64,000 bases of DNA from Podarcis filfolensis (taxonomy: Eukaryota). A program made the position numbers and the translations under genes. Within the stretch, counting starts at the first letter, position 1, and each line of letters starts with the position of its first letter. This document shows, in pieces, positions 63,694 to 64,000 of this stretch. The notes beneath the pieces are model-generated. The model did not search any database, had not been told where the DNA came from, and saw only the letters and a program-made list of their open reading frames with translations. Location: assembly GCA_964270895.1 (NCBI GenBank), contig OZ185437.1. One strand, given 5' to 3'.

Positions 63694-63912
63694 CCGGTGC
63701 TCTTCTTGTTGTTGCTTTAGGGTTTCATATTCAAGAGCTGGTGCTGGAAGCTGTGATATTACTGTTTGTGTTTCCGTTAGCCATGGCCAAATCTCTTCAT
63801 AAGTCTCCCAGAACTGACTGGCTAGAGACTGAGCTCTTTCTAGCTGCAGGTTCCTCTTAGAGTTCATTTGACAGAGTGTATTATACTTCAGCAAGAGGTC
63901 TTCCAGCTTCTT
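63694..63912 (-). CDS. DST: DST exon, spectrin repeat ([10 protein letters not shown]...QQQEEHR), 219 nt, phase 0-0
   Basis: tttaatag| acceptor, |gtaagt donor; open frame within ORF 63529..63894. Confidence 0.92.
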
Positions 63913-64000
63913 CTATTAAATAAATTACCAACAAACACCAGCATTTATATTTTGGTTGGAGACATTTACAAGATTACCATTGTGGCAGGTGACTAGTCTT

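Larger units (their letters stand above)
10119..63912 (-). other. DST: Dystonin (BPAG1) gene, 3' portion: 33 recognised coding exons, 5' end outside the window
   Basis: The spliced exons give one continuous frame of 5100 nt: spectrin repeats, EF-hands, GAR domain, GSR repeats, SKIP. The terminus [21 protein letters not shown] and the segments VHHHGSKMLRSES and LTRNYGKPWL match DST as I recall it, not MACF1. Confidence 0.97.

Noticed and set aside
10119-63912. MACF1 (ACF7) as the gene identity
   Set aside because: The C-terminus SKLDKSSKR and the VHHHGSK and LTRNYGKPWL segments are DST-type; MACF1 ends differently (...PGPKR, as recalled).

Overview
Vertebrate genomic DNA, most likely from a lacertid-type lizard (inferred from Sauria SINEs and squamate-type repeats). 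About 54 kb (10119-63912, minus strand) is the 3' part of the dystonin gene (DST/BPAG1, spectraplakin). I reconstructed 33 coding exons by hand with GT-AG boundaries and matching phases. They total 5100 nt (1699 aa plus stop) and encode C-terminal spectrin repeats, two EF-hands, the GAR/GAS2 microtubule-binding domain, GSR repeats and the SxIP (SKIP) EB-binding motif, ending ...SKLDKSSKR*. The gene continues beyond the window, and the 3' UTR runs to about 8900. Introns and the downstream region hold Sauria SINEs, CR1/L2-type LINE tails, five TA-flanked pogo/Tigger-like MITEs and several hAT-type elements with 8-bp TSDs. Most ORF-track entries are chance ORFs. Best leads: (1) a hidden in-frame 27-nt microexon (RSCKPGKKH, 13771-13797) within a set of frame-preserving cassette exons in the microtubule-binding tail; (2) a 151-bp near-perfect intronic palindrome (46363-46513); (3) a possibly decayed CUB-domain-like gene downstream of DST (~1813-2779); (4) a 1.45-kb hAT element with perfect TIRs/TSD and GC-rich cargo; (5) candidate cryptic exons and alternative ends around 31948-32189 and 10384-11158. 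No database searches were run, so family assignments rest on recalled sequences and motifs.
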